From: an uncultured archaeon
Lineage (GTDB): Archaea; Asgardarchaeota; Lokiarchaeia; Sigyniarchaeales; SOKP01
Length of the DNA stretch: 64,000 bases
Reading direction: 5' to 3'
Assembly (NCBI GenBank): GCA_964632315.1
Contig: CAZWEM010000019.1
Coordinates: forward strand, 1,486 to 65,485
In this document: positions 20,599 to 30,223 of the stretch, piece by piece
Layout: each line of letters opens with the position of its first letter
How positions within the stretch are numbered: position 1 is the stretch's first letter
Made by a program: the position numbers and the translations under genes
Notes under the pieces: generated by a model
What the model saw: the letters and a program-made list of their open reading frames with translations, nothing else
Databases searched by the model: none
What the model was told of the DNA's origin: nothing

Positions 20599-21246
20599 AA
20601 TTTCTTCTCTTCACAATTTTCTGCATTACATAATAAATCGATTTTTGATAAAAATTGTTATTTTAAATTATAGATAAACAAGTACTTTTTATTTTAATTC
20701 TGTTAGCTATAAAACTCAATAAAATATTAAAGCAAGATATATTACAGATGTTTTACTCAATTTTTTAGAGAAAAAAACAGGTGATTAAAGATTTCGAAAG
20801 AAAAGGAAAATTGTGTTGATGATGACTTGGATGATGAATTAGAAGCTCAATGGGCTTTACAAGATCAAATTCATCATAAGTGTAAAATGCGAGATGATCC
20901 AGATAAAAAACTAAAAGAATGGAAAGAAAAATATGAATGATAATTTTTAGATACATCATTCACAATATCAATTACCTATTCTCACGAAGATGTCGTTATT
21001 CGAAAGCTATAATTTTAGATTAGACTCTTAATAACGTGGGGTATACATTTTGAGTCTTTTGGGACTATTTCAATCATCGAAAAATTAAGAAACCGGTAGA
21101 AAACTAATTTTTCTTTTTTCTATTAGTCTCAACTAACAAAACTGGCTCGGTTAAACTTAAAGCTTTAAATGTAATGACGTACTATTTTTAGTGAATAATT
21201 ATTCAAATATAATACTAAATACATAAATAATCTGAACGTGAAAAAT

Positions 21247-21753
21247 ATGCCAAGTTTTAAGGAAACATATGAAGCTATAAAAGCAGATTGGGCTGCTGGA
21301 GAAAAGAATTTTAACATTGAATGCACCATGCTTCCAAAGGGCATGCAAGTAGAATGTTCAATGGGAAATCCCGCAGGAGAGCCCTTTAAGTTGTTGATTG
21401 ATGCGCCAGGTGGATTAGATGGATCAAATGAAGGGCCTTCTCCTTTATTAGTGATCTTATCTTCAATTGGTGGATGCATTATTGCAGTCACTAAATTTTG
21501 GGCGAAACTCATGGATATTGAAATTGAAGAGTTGAAAGTATTTTCCAGAGGACATATCAATCTTGGAGCTATTTTCGGAATCGACGATTCTAAATTAGCT
21601 GGATATGACAAGCTTGAACCAGTTATAAGGATTAAAGCAAATGCTTCTGAGGAAAAAATTAATGAACTCATGGATAAAGTCTTTAAACATTGTCCAGTAA
21701 TCACAAATTTTGGCGGAACTTCCCCAATAACTCCAAAAGTACAAATTAGATAA
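21247..21753 (+). CDS. OsmC/Ohr-family peroxiredoxin-like protein
   Basis: GPSPLLVILSSIGGCIIAV...KHCPV. ATG at 21247; an in-frame GTG at 21238 is also possible. Confidence 0.8.
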   Translation: MPSFKETYEAIKADWAAGEKNFNIECTMLPKGMQVECSMGNPAGEPFKLLIDAPGGLDGSNEGPSPLLVILSSIGGCIIAVTKFWAKLMDIEIEELKVFSRGHINLGAIFGIDDSKLAGYDKLEPVIRIKANASEEKINELMDKVFKHCPVITNFGGTSPITPKVQIR

Positions 21754-21802
21754 AAAATATCTAATTTATTTTTTTAATTTTTTACTTATTTTTGTAAAAA
21801 GA

Positions 21803-22648
21803 TTATTTTAATGGATATCTTGGTTTTCTTTTTTGCATAAAAGCTGCGGAACCCTCATTCATATCTTTAGAGCTAAATGATAATACTATTCCATAATTTT
21901 CTAATTGCAATATTGTTTCTAAACTGGGAGAATCTAAACTCAAGTTTACTGCCTGTTTTGTCATCCTAAGCCCTAATGGACTTTTTGTAAGCATCTCTTC
22001 AGCGATTTCATAAGCACTCAGATACAATTTCTCTCTTTCGACTAATTTGAAAATAAAGCCAAATTCTTTTGCTTCTTTTGCAGTTAATTCTCGTCCCGTA
22101 TACAGAACTTCTGCTGCTCTAGATAATCCAATTAGTCTTGGTAAGAAATAACTTCCTCCAACATCTGCTCCAGTAAGTCCAAGATTTATTGATCCATTCA
22201 CGAATTTGGCATCAAAAGCCCCTATTCTAATATCGGATGCCATTGCAAAGCCAAATCCCCCTCCTACTGCTGCTCCTTGGATGGTGCAAATAATTGGTTG
22301 ACTTATTTTTCGCATTTTGACATAAATTTGACTGATCCTCCATTGATGATAAAGCTTTTTCTTGATCGGTTCAGGAGAGTTGAGGTGAAAATATTTCTCG
22401 AATCCTTCTGGAACTTTTTTGACGTTTAAATTAAGCCCATCTTGTAAATCAGTCCCTGCACAAAAAGCCCTACCTTTTCCTTGAAAAATGATCACTCTAC
22501 AATCTAAGTTTATCATTAATTCGTCGAGTAGAGAATGAAGTTCTTCTTCCATCTGAAATGAAATAGCATTTAATTTTTCTGGGCGGTTTAAGGTTAGAAT
22601 TCCAATTCCATTATTATTTAATTCAAATTCAATAGTTTCATAACCCAT
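21803..22648 (-). CDS. enoyl-CoA hydratase/isomerase (crotonase) family protein, paralog 1
   Basis: LTLNRPEKLNA, FCAGTDL, QGAAVGGGFGFAMASDIR. ATG at 22648; the ORF track starts at a GTG at 22657. Confidence 0.9.
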   Translation of the reverse strand: MGYETIEFELNNNGIGILTLNRPEKLNAISFQMEEELHSLLDELMINLDCRVIIFQGKGRAFCAGTDLQDGLNLNVKKVPEGFEKYFHLNSPEPIKKKLYHQWRISQIYVKMRKISQPIICTIQGAAVGGGFGFAMASDIRIGAFDAKFVNGSINLGLTGADVGGSYFLPRLIGLSRAAEVLYTGRELTAKEAKEFGFIFKLVEREKLYLSAYEIAEEMLTKSPLGLRMTKQAVNLSLDSPSLETILQLENYGIVLSFSSKDMNEGSAAFMQKRKPRYPLK

Positions 22649-22687
22649 GATGATCACTTTAGAAAATTTGTAGGAAAATAAATACTC

Positions 22688-23461
22688 TTATAATGACAAT
22701 AAAAAATCCTTAGCTAATACAAATAGATGTTTCATGTGCTTCTTAGTAAGGTGGAAATGTAATTCCCATTTATCTTCAGTGAGATAATCACTTATGGTGA
22801 AAATCGCACAGGCATTTACATTTAGAAATTTAGCGACAGTAAATATGGCCGCAGCTTCCATTTCAACGGTTAAAACACCTTCATCTCGATATTTCTTAAC
22901 TTCTGCGAGAGTTTCTCTATAAGGAGCGTCGATTGTCCAAGTAGCTCCAACTTTGTAACCCAAATTTTTATCCTCTAAACTATTTATCATTTTTTTTAAA
23001 AGAAGTTTCGAGGGATAAGCATATTTTTTATTTTTTAAGTAATGATGGGACACCCCTTCATCTCGAATCGCTTTATCGCACACGATAATTTTTCCAAGTT
23101 CTATATTTTTTTGTAGGCACCCTGCTACCCCTATCGATAGATAATTTTGAATACCAAAAACACTTAATTCTTCTAATAAGATCGCAGTAATAGGAGCTCC
23201 AATACCAAAGCCTCCACAAATTCCAATTTGGGACCCAGATCCTTCTAAAATATAAAAATAGTCTCCAAATACATTTGGAATATGCTTTGCATCATACTCC
23301 TCTTTTATATAATCGAATAAGGTAGGACTATAACACATTATAAGTCCTTTTGGAGGATTTATGTCAGGAATATTCCCTAATTCTGTTTTATATGCCCAAA
23401 AATCTCGCGCTTTTACTAATGATTTTTCTTTGTATTTGTTAGGATAATTTGGATAAGTCAT
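22688..23461 (-). CDS. nucleoside phosphorylase, PNP/UDP family 1
   Basis: GICGGFGIGAP, VGATWTIDAPYRET, VEMEAAAIF. Confidence 0.8.
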   Translation of the reverse strand: MTYPNYPNKYKEKSLVKARDFWAYKTELGNIPDINPPKGLIMCYSPTLFDYIKEEYDAKHIPNVFGDYFYILEGSGSQIGICGGFGIGAPITAILLEELSVFGIQNYLSIGVAGCLQKNIELGKIIVCDKAIRDEGVSHHYLKNKKYAYPSKLLLKKMINSLEDKNLGYKVGATWTIDAPYRETLAEVKKYRDEGVLTVEMEAAAIFTVAKFLNVNACAIFTISDYLTEDKWELHFHLTKKHMKHLFVLAKDFLLSL

Positions 23462-23502
23462 AATCTTATAAGGTCTGGTTTTATTAAATAGTATTGCACT
23501 GC

Positions 23503-24372
23503 TTAATTCTCAGCAAGTGGATTATTCACTAAAGAAATATTAACTTTTTCTATTAAGGGATATAGCTCTTCGGGAATTTCTTCAATATAGTTATGATCTA
23601 AATTCATTACCTTCAATGAAGGTAATTTTTTAATGATTCCTGGGATCTCAACAAATTCATTCCAACCAAGGTCAAGCAACTTTAATTTTTTTAAATTTTC
23701 AAAAGCCTCTGGTAAGTAAGTTAATTTATTATAACTTAAATTCAATACTTCAAGTTCAGTTAAACTTTTTATAGATTCTGGGATGTATTCTAAATTTAAA
23801 ACTAAATTTAGCTCCCGTATTCGCTCATCTTTTATCAATATGAGTAGATTTTCTGCTTGGATGTAATAAATTTCAAAATTAGTAAGTATAAGGTTCACAG
23901 TATTCAATTCTATACCTAAATCTATTAAAAAGAGGATTTCTGTTGAATCTAACCGCAAATTTTGAGAGATTATTTCAACACGTTGATTAAAAGCGTTTAA
24001 AATGAAGAGATATTTATCAGAATAAAGATATTTTTTTATTTCTCTTAAGAATCGAGAAGATGGATCATTCTTTATTGCCCATTTTAATATTCTTAGTGCT
24101 GGTTGAGATTCATTTTCTAATAAATATTTAAAACTTAAAGCTCTAATAATATAATTTTCATCTGAAACTAAATTATTCTCAATTAAGCGATGAGCGGTTT
24201 TATTCATCACTTTCATGTTATTTAAAAATTCTAAGCTTTTTATCCTATGTTCTAGAATTTCACTTTTATCTATTATTGTTAAAAGATACTCTAGGAAAGT
24301 CTGAAGGCTAATCTTATTATCTATAAAAAGATGATAAAAATTATTAGGATCTTGTATTTTCTTCATTTTCAT
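23503..24372 (-). CDS. HEAT-like plus leucine-rich-repeat (LRR) protein
   Basis: C-terminal LxxLxLxxNxL repeats: LNLSYNKLTYLPEAFENLKKLKLLDLGWNEFVEIPGIIKKLPSLKVMNLDHNYIEEIP. Helical N-terminal half. Confidence 0.8.
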   Translation of the reverse strand: MKMKKIQDPNNFYHLFIDNKISLQTFLEYLLTIIDKSEILEHRIKSLEFLNNMKVMNKTAHRLIENNLVSDENYIIRALSFKYLLENESQPALRILKWAIKNDPSSRFLREIKKYLYSDKYLFILNAFNQRVEIISQNLRLDSTEILFLIDLGIELNTVNLILTNFEIYYIQAENLLILIKDERIRELNLVLNLEYIPESIKSLTELEVLNLSYNKLTYLPEAFENLKKLKLLDLGWNEFVEIPGIIKKLPSLKVMNLDHNYIEEIPEELYPLIEKVNISLVNNPLAEN

Positions 24373-24376
24373 TAAC

Positions 24377-25237
24377 TTACTTTAATGGATATTTAGGATC
24401 TCTTTTTTCAAAAAATGCTTGAACCGCTTCAGTGAGATCACTAGAAGAAGAGCAAAGCATTTGAGCCCGATTTTCTAACTCTATTATTGTATCTATGCTT
24501 GGAGAATTTTGGGATAGATTGATGGCATGTTTTGTCATCCTTAAACCTAAGGGGCTTTTCCTGAGAAGTTCCTCTGCTAGTCTTAGCCCTTCATCGAGTA
24601 AGACCTCTTTCTTAACAACTCTTGACACGAGACCTATCTTTTCTGCCTCATCTGCTTCTATAAAACGTCCAGTATAAAGAATTTCAGCAGCTCGTGACAT
24701 ACCAATGAGTCTTGGTAGGTGATATGAACTTGCCATATCTGATCCCGAAAATCCTACATTTATGAAAGCATTATTAAACCTTGCTTTATAACTAGCAATC
24801 CGAATATCCGAAGCCAAAGCATAAGCAAAACCTAATCCAGATGCAGCTCCTTGAATCAAAGCAATGATGGGTTGGCTTATTTTTCGCATTTTTAATATTA
24901 TCTGGCTGGTATGCCATTGAGCATACAATTTCGCTTTAATAACGTCTTTTTCAGGAGTATCAACATAAAAGAATTTCTCTTTTAATTCCTGTGGTTTTTT
25001 TTTCGATTGTAAAACTGTTGATTCTTTAAGATCTAACCCTGCACAGAAAGCTTTCCCTTCAGCTTTAAGGATAACAACCCGACAATCTAAATTCGTCATG
25101 AGATGATCCATTATTGAATGAAGATCTTCAATCATTTGAAATGAAACTGCATTTAGCTTATCTGGACGATTTAACGTCAAGATTCCAATACCATTATCTT
25201 GTAGATCAAATTTTATAGTTTCGTAATTGTCTTTCAT
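24377..25237 (-). CDS. enoyl-CoA hydratase/isomerase family protein, paralog 2
   Basis: LTLNRPDKLNA, FCAGLDL, QGAASGLGFAYALASDIR. About half of positions are identical to paralog 1 by eye. ATG at 25237 (TTG at 25246 in the ORF track). Confidence 0.9.
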   Translation of the reverse strand: MKDNYETIKFDLQDNGIGILTLNRPDKLNAVSFQMIEDLHSIMDHLMTNLDCRVVILKAEGKAFCAGLDLKESTVLQSKKKPQELKEKFFYVDTPEKDVIKAKLYAQWHTSQIILKMRKISQPIIALIQGAASGLGFAYALASDIRIASYKARFNNAFINVGFSGSDMASSYHLPRLIGMSRAAEILYTGRFIEADEAEKIGLVSRVVKKEVLLDEGLRLAEELLRKSPLGLRMTKHAINLSQNSPSIDTIIELENRAQMLCSSSSDLTEAVQAFFEKRDPKYPLK

Positions 25238-25482
25238 TCTAAACAACTATCATATAATTACAATTGAATTTATAAATGAGACCTTAGATTAAAAATATTC
25301 ATAAAGTATTAAAAATAATTCTTATAATCTAAGTTCTCATAAGAAGAGAAAGATTAATTAGAGGGTATTTGAGTACGAATTCCCTAAATATAAAAATTTC
25401 TGTTTATAATAGCTAAATTTATTTTTAAATGACATAATATTCAATTATCACGATTGAATCTAATTAATTAAAGGGGAATAAA

Positions 25483-27882
25483 ATGATTGTATCGGAGAAA
25501 TCAGAAAGGATCTCTAAATTAAAAGGAAAACTGTTATCAAGTAAGTACGAATTATGTACCGAAAGAATGCGCTATTACACTGAAATATATAAAGAGTTTC
25601 CGAATGATCCAGAAAATATAAAAAGAGCAAAAGCATTGGCTCATACCCTTAAAAATATGAACATTTTCATTAGAGAAGACGAACTTTTAGTAGGGAGTGA
25701 AACGAGCAAAAACTTGGGAGAAAAGTTCAATTTAGATTTAGCTCGATATGATACTAGTTTTGAAAAAAAGAATACGTACAAAAAGTTAGCAAGACGAAAA
25801 GTACAGCCATTTTTTATACAAGAAGAAGAGATAGATGAAATACTCGAAATGATCCCTTTTTGGAAGGGAAAGGCGCTAGTTGCTGATTATACTAACAAAC
25901 GACTACTAAAAGAAGGCTATATCTCTTCTGAAGGTATAATATCCTCTTTAGCTCCTAATATTGCAATTCAGATCGGTACTACTGAGGGACATGTATGTGC
26001 GGGTTATGAAAAACTTCTGAAATTAGGATATTATGGGATTTTTAAAGAAGCTAACAGACTGCAAGAGAACTTAAAAAAAGAGGACAAAAATTACCAAGAA
26101 AAACATGACTTTTATGAAGCTATTAAGATATATTATCAAGCTGCTCGAGAGTTTTCTAAAAGATATTCAAGATTGGCCACTACTTTAGCAGAAAGTCATG
26201 ACTATGATTTAAGGAAAGGAGATTTATCTAAAATTGCTCAAATGATGGAAAAGTTTTATTCAAATCCTCCAGATACGTTTTATGAAGCTGTACAATTTAT
26301 TTGGTTCTCACAAAATATTGCAAATATTATTTTTCAGAGAAGTGTTGTTGCTCTTGGACGACTGGATCAGATATTGTGGCCATATTATTTAAGAGATCTT
26401 AAAAAAGGATTAATTACGAAGGATTTTGCATTAGAACTCATTGAAGAATTGAATTTAAAACTAACATGGAATGTAACCCTATTGCCAACAGACTTTACGA
26501 TGGTTGCAAACGCAATTGGACAAAACACGCAAACAATAACAATAGGTGGGCTCGATAAAAAAGGAAACGATGCAACTAATGAATTGTCCTATTTATTTCT
26601 ACAAGCCTATGCGAATGTAAAAGTGTTTACAACGGATCTTTCCGTCAGGATTAGCGAGAAAACCCCCAAAGAATTTTTTCTTGAAGCAATCAAAGTCTTT
26701 AAATCAACCTCTGGAATTGCATTCTATAATGATGAAATTATAATTCCTTCTTTAATCGAATCTGGTTATATTTCAGAGGATGCAAGAGATTACGTAATAA
26801 TTGGTTGTGTTGAACCAACGGGTCAAGGAAATTCTTTTGCAGCTACTGGTAGAATGTTTCTAAATCTGCCAGGCGTACTTGAACTTGTGCTTAATAATGG
26901 TTATAGCAACCTTTCCAAAAAGATTGATGGCTTTCAAACGGGAGAAGTCTCGAAATTTATTAGTTATGAACAGTTTTATGATGCATTTGTTCAGCAGCTC
27001 CAATATAACATTAAAAAGTCCGTGGAGATTGCAGCAATTGGAGATCAAGAGGCAATGAAATATTTTCAGCACCCTTACATTTCCGCGACGATTAATGGGT
27101 GCTTAGAATCTGGAAAAGATCACGTTTGTGGAGGAGCTAAATATAATTTTTCTTCAATAACAGCTTATGGATTTGCGACTCTAGTTGATTCCATGTACAA
27201 TATTAAAAAACTAGTTTATGATGAAAAAGTAATTTCTTTAGAAAGATTTGTAGAAATTTTAAATTCAAATTTTAAAGATCAAGAAAAATTTCGACAGATA
27301 CTCCTCAACAAGACACAGAAATGGGGCAATGATCAAGAAGAAATCGATACTTTAGCGAGTGAATTATGGATTCTTTTTACATCCGAAGTAGCAAAACATA
27401 AACCATTAAGAGGAGGTCGCTTTAACGCAGGAGCATATTCGATGGGGATCCATGTTATGGAAGGATTATTCACACAACCAAGTGCAGATGGTAGGAAAGC
27501 ACTTGAACCAATTTCAAATAGTTTATCTCCAGTAAATCACGCAACCCGAAATGGGTTAACATCCGTCTTAAATTCGGTAGCTAAGCTAAACTATAAGTAT
27601 GCAACGAATGGAATAGCCGTAAATGTTAGGATGCATCATCAAAATTTAGAGTCTAAGGAAAATCAAGAGAAATTATACAATCTACTTCAGGGATACTTTA
27701 GCAATGGAGGAATGCAAATACAACCGAATGTCGTCTCTACTGAAACTTTGAGAGACGCTCAAGAACATCCACAAGAGTATTTGGACCTTATTGTGAAGGT
27801 TGGAGGGTATAATGCCACTTTTGTTGATTTAGGGACTCCGATTCAAAATGACATCATTGATCGAATGGAATATGAGCTTTAA
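25483..27882 (+). CDS. glycyl radical enzyme, PFL2 / dehydratase-lyase clade
   Basis: 799 aa. N-terminal RISKLKGKLL...CTERMRYYTEIYKEF, catalytic IIGCVEPTG, C-terminal glycyl radical motif LIVKVGGYNATFVDL. Confidence 0.9.
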   Translation: MIVSEKSERISKLKGKLLSSKYELCTERMRYYTEIYKEFPNDPENIKRAKALAHTLKNMNIFIREDELLVGSETSKNLGEKFNLDLARYDTSFEKKNTYKKLARRKVQPFFIQEEEIDEILEMIPFWKGKALVADYTNKRLLKEGYISSEGIISSLAPNIAIQIGTTEGHVCAGYEKLLKLGYYGIFKEANRLQENLKKEDKNYQEKHDFYEAIKIYYQAAREFSKRYSRLATTLAESHDYDLRKGDLSKIAQMMEKFYSNPPDTFYEAVQFIWFSQNIANIIFQRSVVALGRLDQILWPYYLRDLKKGLITKDFALELIEELNLKLTWNVTLLPTDFTMVANAIGQNTQTITIGGLDKKGNDATNELSYLFLQAYANVKVFTTDLSVRISEKTPKEFFLEAIKVFKSTSGIAFYNDEIIIPSLIESGYISEDARDYVIIGCVEPTGQGNSFAATGRMFLNLPGVLELVLNNGYSNLSKKIDGFQTGEVSKFISYEQFYDAFVQQLQYNIKKSVEIAAIGDQEAMKYFQHPYISATINGCLESGKDHVCGGAKYNFSSITAYGFATLVDSMYNIKKLVYDEKVISLERFVEILNSNFKDQEKFRQILLNKTQKWGNDQEEIDTLASELWILFTSEVAKHKPLRGGRFNAGAYSMGIHVMEGLFTQPSADGRKALEPISNSLSPVNHATRNGLTSVLNSVAKLNYKYATNGIAVNVRMHHQNLESKENQEKLYNLLQGYFSNGGMQIQPNVVSTETLRDAQEHPQEYLDLIVKVGGYNATFVDLGTPIQNDIIDRMEYEL

Positions 27883-27988
27883 TTGACTTTAAAAAAGAGT
27901 TTTTAAGAGATCTATCCTTTTTCTTCTTACTATAGCTATTTATTAAGAATTATTTTTATAAAAAAACAGTTGGAGCATAAAAACTAAT

Positions 27989-28519
27989 ATGCCACGTCAG
28001 GTTGCGTTGAAAATTTTGGTATTAGGAGATGGAGGAAGTGGTAAGACAACATTACTTCACCGTTATGTAAATGGAGAGTTCATAGATACTACTACGATGA
28101 CAATTGGAGTTGAGTTTTTCACTAAACAAATAACAATTGATTCTACCAATGTAAGTTTAATTTTATGGGATATAACTGGACAAGATCGCTTTAGGCACAT
28201 GATTGCGCGCTACATGAAGGGAGCAAGTGGTGCATTAATACTTTATGATATGACAAATATGGACAGTTTTGTACACGTAGGTAAATGGATGAAAATTGTG
28301 CATGAATTCTATGAAAATTTACCAATAATTCTTGTCGCAGCTAAATATGATTTAGAAGAATTTTCAGCAGTGGACGATAAAAATGCTCAAAATGCTAAAG
28401 AAAAATATAAAATGAACGACTTTATAAAGATTTCTTCTAAAACTGGTTTAAATGTAGATTTAGCTGTTGAAAAATTAGTAAAGGATTCAATTAAAGCTAA
28501 GAACTTGATTGCTAAATAA
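27989..28519 (+). CDS. Ras/Rab-like small GTPase
   Basis: G1 GDGGSGKT, G3 WDITGQDRF, G4 AKYD (NKxD variant), G5 SSKTG. No C-terminal Cys. Confidence 0.9.
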   Translation: MPRQVALKILVLGDGGSGKTTLLHRYVNGEFIDTTTMTIGVEFFTKQITIDSTNVSLILWDITGQDRFRHMIARYMKGASGALILYDMTNMDSFVHVGKWMKIVHEFYENLPIILVAAKYDLEEFSAVDDKNAQNAKEKYKMNDFIKISSKTGLNVDLAVEKLVKDSIKAKNLIAK

Positions 28520-28572
28520 TCTTCATTTTTATTAACTTAAGATTTATAATTACAACATGCAATTCATTTATT

Positions 28573-28725
28573 ATGAAGGATATAAATTTAATGGTGAATG
28601 AAAAAGAAGTCCCCTTAAATGAATTAATGCAAGAAATGTTAAAGAACCTGGTAACTGGTTATTTAAAGTCGGCGAAAAAGATTCCAGAAGAAATAAAAAC
28701 AATCAAAATTGAAATTAATTTATAA
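28573..28725 (+). CDS. possible small ORF (50 aa), unknown
   Basis: ATG...TAA read by hand (MKDINLMVNEKEVPLNELMQEMLKNLVTGYLKSAKKIPEEIKTIKIEINL). Below the 60-aa cutoff of the ORF track. 53 nt downstream of the GTPase on the same strand. Confidence 0.25.
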   Translation: MKDINLMVNEKEVPLNELMQEMLKNLVTGYLKSAKKIPEEIKTIKIEINL

Positions 28726-28767
28726 TTTCTTTTTTTCAAAATTAAAAAAAAAAGAGTATAAAAAATT

Positions 28768-30081
28768 TTAATCTCTATTTAATTCTTGGATTGCTTTTTG
28801 TCGTGCTATTTTTTCTTCCTCGGTTAATTCTACTTCTCCTCTTTTAACTAGAAACATCATTATAAGTGCAAGTATGAAAAAAATCGCTCCGTTTAACAGT
28901 AAAGAGGGAATCCCAAATAAATCGGTTAAACCCCCAACTATCATTGGTCCAAGGATGGCTGCTAAGTAACTCGAGAAATAATATAAGCCTGTATAAGTAC
29001 CAATCTTCTCTTCAGTTGGAGCAAGTTCCCATACTATTACGATCGAATTAGTGTTGATCATTGCCCATCCAAGTCCTAAGAAAGCAAGAGGTATTGCCAT
29101 AATAAGTAAAGGAGCTTGAACAAGCCCAAAGAAAAAGCCTAATACTAACATCGCGATCCAGATTATCACTCCTATTTTAATGGTATTTCGCCTACCAATT
29201 TTGCCTGGTACATAAGATAAGGGATAAATAGAAATCAATAGTGGGACAGTGACAAGAAATGGCAAGAAACCTGCAAGACCTTCGCTATACCCTAAAACCT
29301 GAACACCGTAAATGGAGATCAAGGCAACAATTCCTTGATATCCAATAAACCAACAGAAAATCGCCAATAAAATAAATATAGTACTCTTATCTTCTTCAGC
29401 GGCTATATCCCTAATACTCTCAATTAAACTAGGTTTAGAAGCCTTTCTTTTAACTTTTTCGGCCTCATCTGCTTCTAATTCGAGAATCAGTTTATAACTA
29501 TATGATTCCTTCTCCCTTATTCTCCAAAGTAAAACCAACAATGCAAGAACCATTATGATCGATACTATTACAAAGAGGAGCTGTAGTCCAAGAGTTTCTA
29601 AAAATAGACTCATGCCATATCCTATGGCAACTCCAAATCCACCCATTAAATTTATGATAGCATTTCCTTTACTCCTATTTACGGGCCTTACAAAATCCGG
29701 CATCAATGAAACTGCTTGTGATCTATAGAAACCCATGCTTAAACCGAATAAGAACATAAAAATAATTAGTTCGACTAATGATGTTTGGGTAGGAATCAAT
29801 GAAAAGAAAATTGCCCCCAAAGGAATTCCAATGATCAAATAAGGCATTCTTCTTCCTAATTTTGTCCGAGTCGAGTCGCTTATTGAACCCATAATTGGTT
29901 GGATGATCACTCCTATAATATTATCTAATGCCATCAAGAACCCAATTAGAAAAAAAGATGATAGGTAATCCCTTAGTAACAATGGTACTTGAGCATTATA
30001 TAACGACCACGCAATTTCTGAAGAAAAAAAAGCTAAGCCAATAATAAAAGTATGACCTGCTCGAAATTTTGTTTCTGACAT
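28768..30081 (-). CDS. MFS transporter (GPH/sugar-cation symporter-like)
   Basis: About 12 hydrophobic segments. SDSTRTKLGRRMPY motif between TM2 and TM3. Confidence 0.85.
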   Translation of the reverse strand: MSETKFRAGHTFIIGLAFFSSEIAWSLYNAQVPLLLRDYLSSFFLIGFLMALDNIIGVIIQPIMGSISDSTRTKLGRRMPYLIIGIPLGAIFFSLIPTQTSLVELIIFMFLFGLSMGFYRSQAVSLMPDFVRPVNRSKGNAIINLMGGFGVAIGYGMSLFLETLGLQLLFVIVSIIMVLALLVLLWRIREKESYSYKLILELEADEAEKVKRKASKPSLIESIRDIAAEEDKSTIFILLAIFCWFIGYQGIVALISIYGVQVLGYSEGLAGFLPFLVTVPLLISIYPLSYVPGKIGRRNTIKIGVIIWIAMLVLGFFFGLVQAPLLIMAIPLAFLGLGWAMINTNSIVIVWELAPTEEKIGTYTGLYYFSSYLAAILGPMIVGGLTDLFGIPSLLLNGAIFFILALIMMFLVKRGEVELTEEEKIARQKAIQELNRD

Positions 30082-30223
30082 TCAAATCATTATTTTTTTT
30101 AAAAGATAATATAGAATTATTTGCTCATCATATTTAAAATTCGCTTTTGAGGAGTAGATAAAATAATTTATAATCATTCAAGGATTTTCTAATCTATAAA
30201 ATCTTTTATTAAAAAGAATATTA

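Noticed and set aside
20818-20845. Two ATGATGA (C-box-like) heptamers 5 nt apart, possible C/D-box sRNA
   Set aside because: There are no CTGA D or D' boxes at appropriate spacing and no terminal stem. The C-box-like ATGATTG plus CTGA near 60320-60344 likewise lacks C' and D boxes.
20765-20959. 64-aa minus-strand ORF inside the 639-bp intergenic region 20599-21237
   Set aside because: It is hydrophobic and His-rich with no start context or motif. The plus-strand acidic frame there has no start codon. I treat it as non-coding, though the long spacer itself is noted.
21165-21704. 179-aa ORF on the minus strand
   Set aside because: It is entirely antisense to the plus-strand ORF, which carries clear OsmC-family motifs. 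Its translation is Ser/Leu/Ile-rich with no motif, so it is a shadow ORF.
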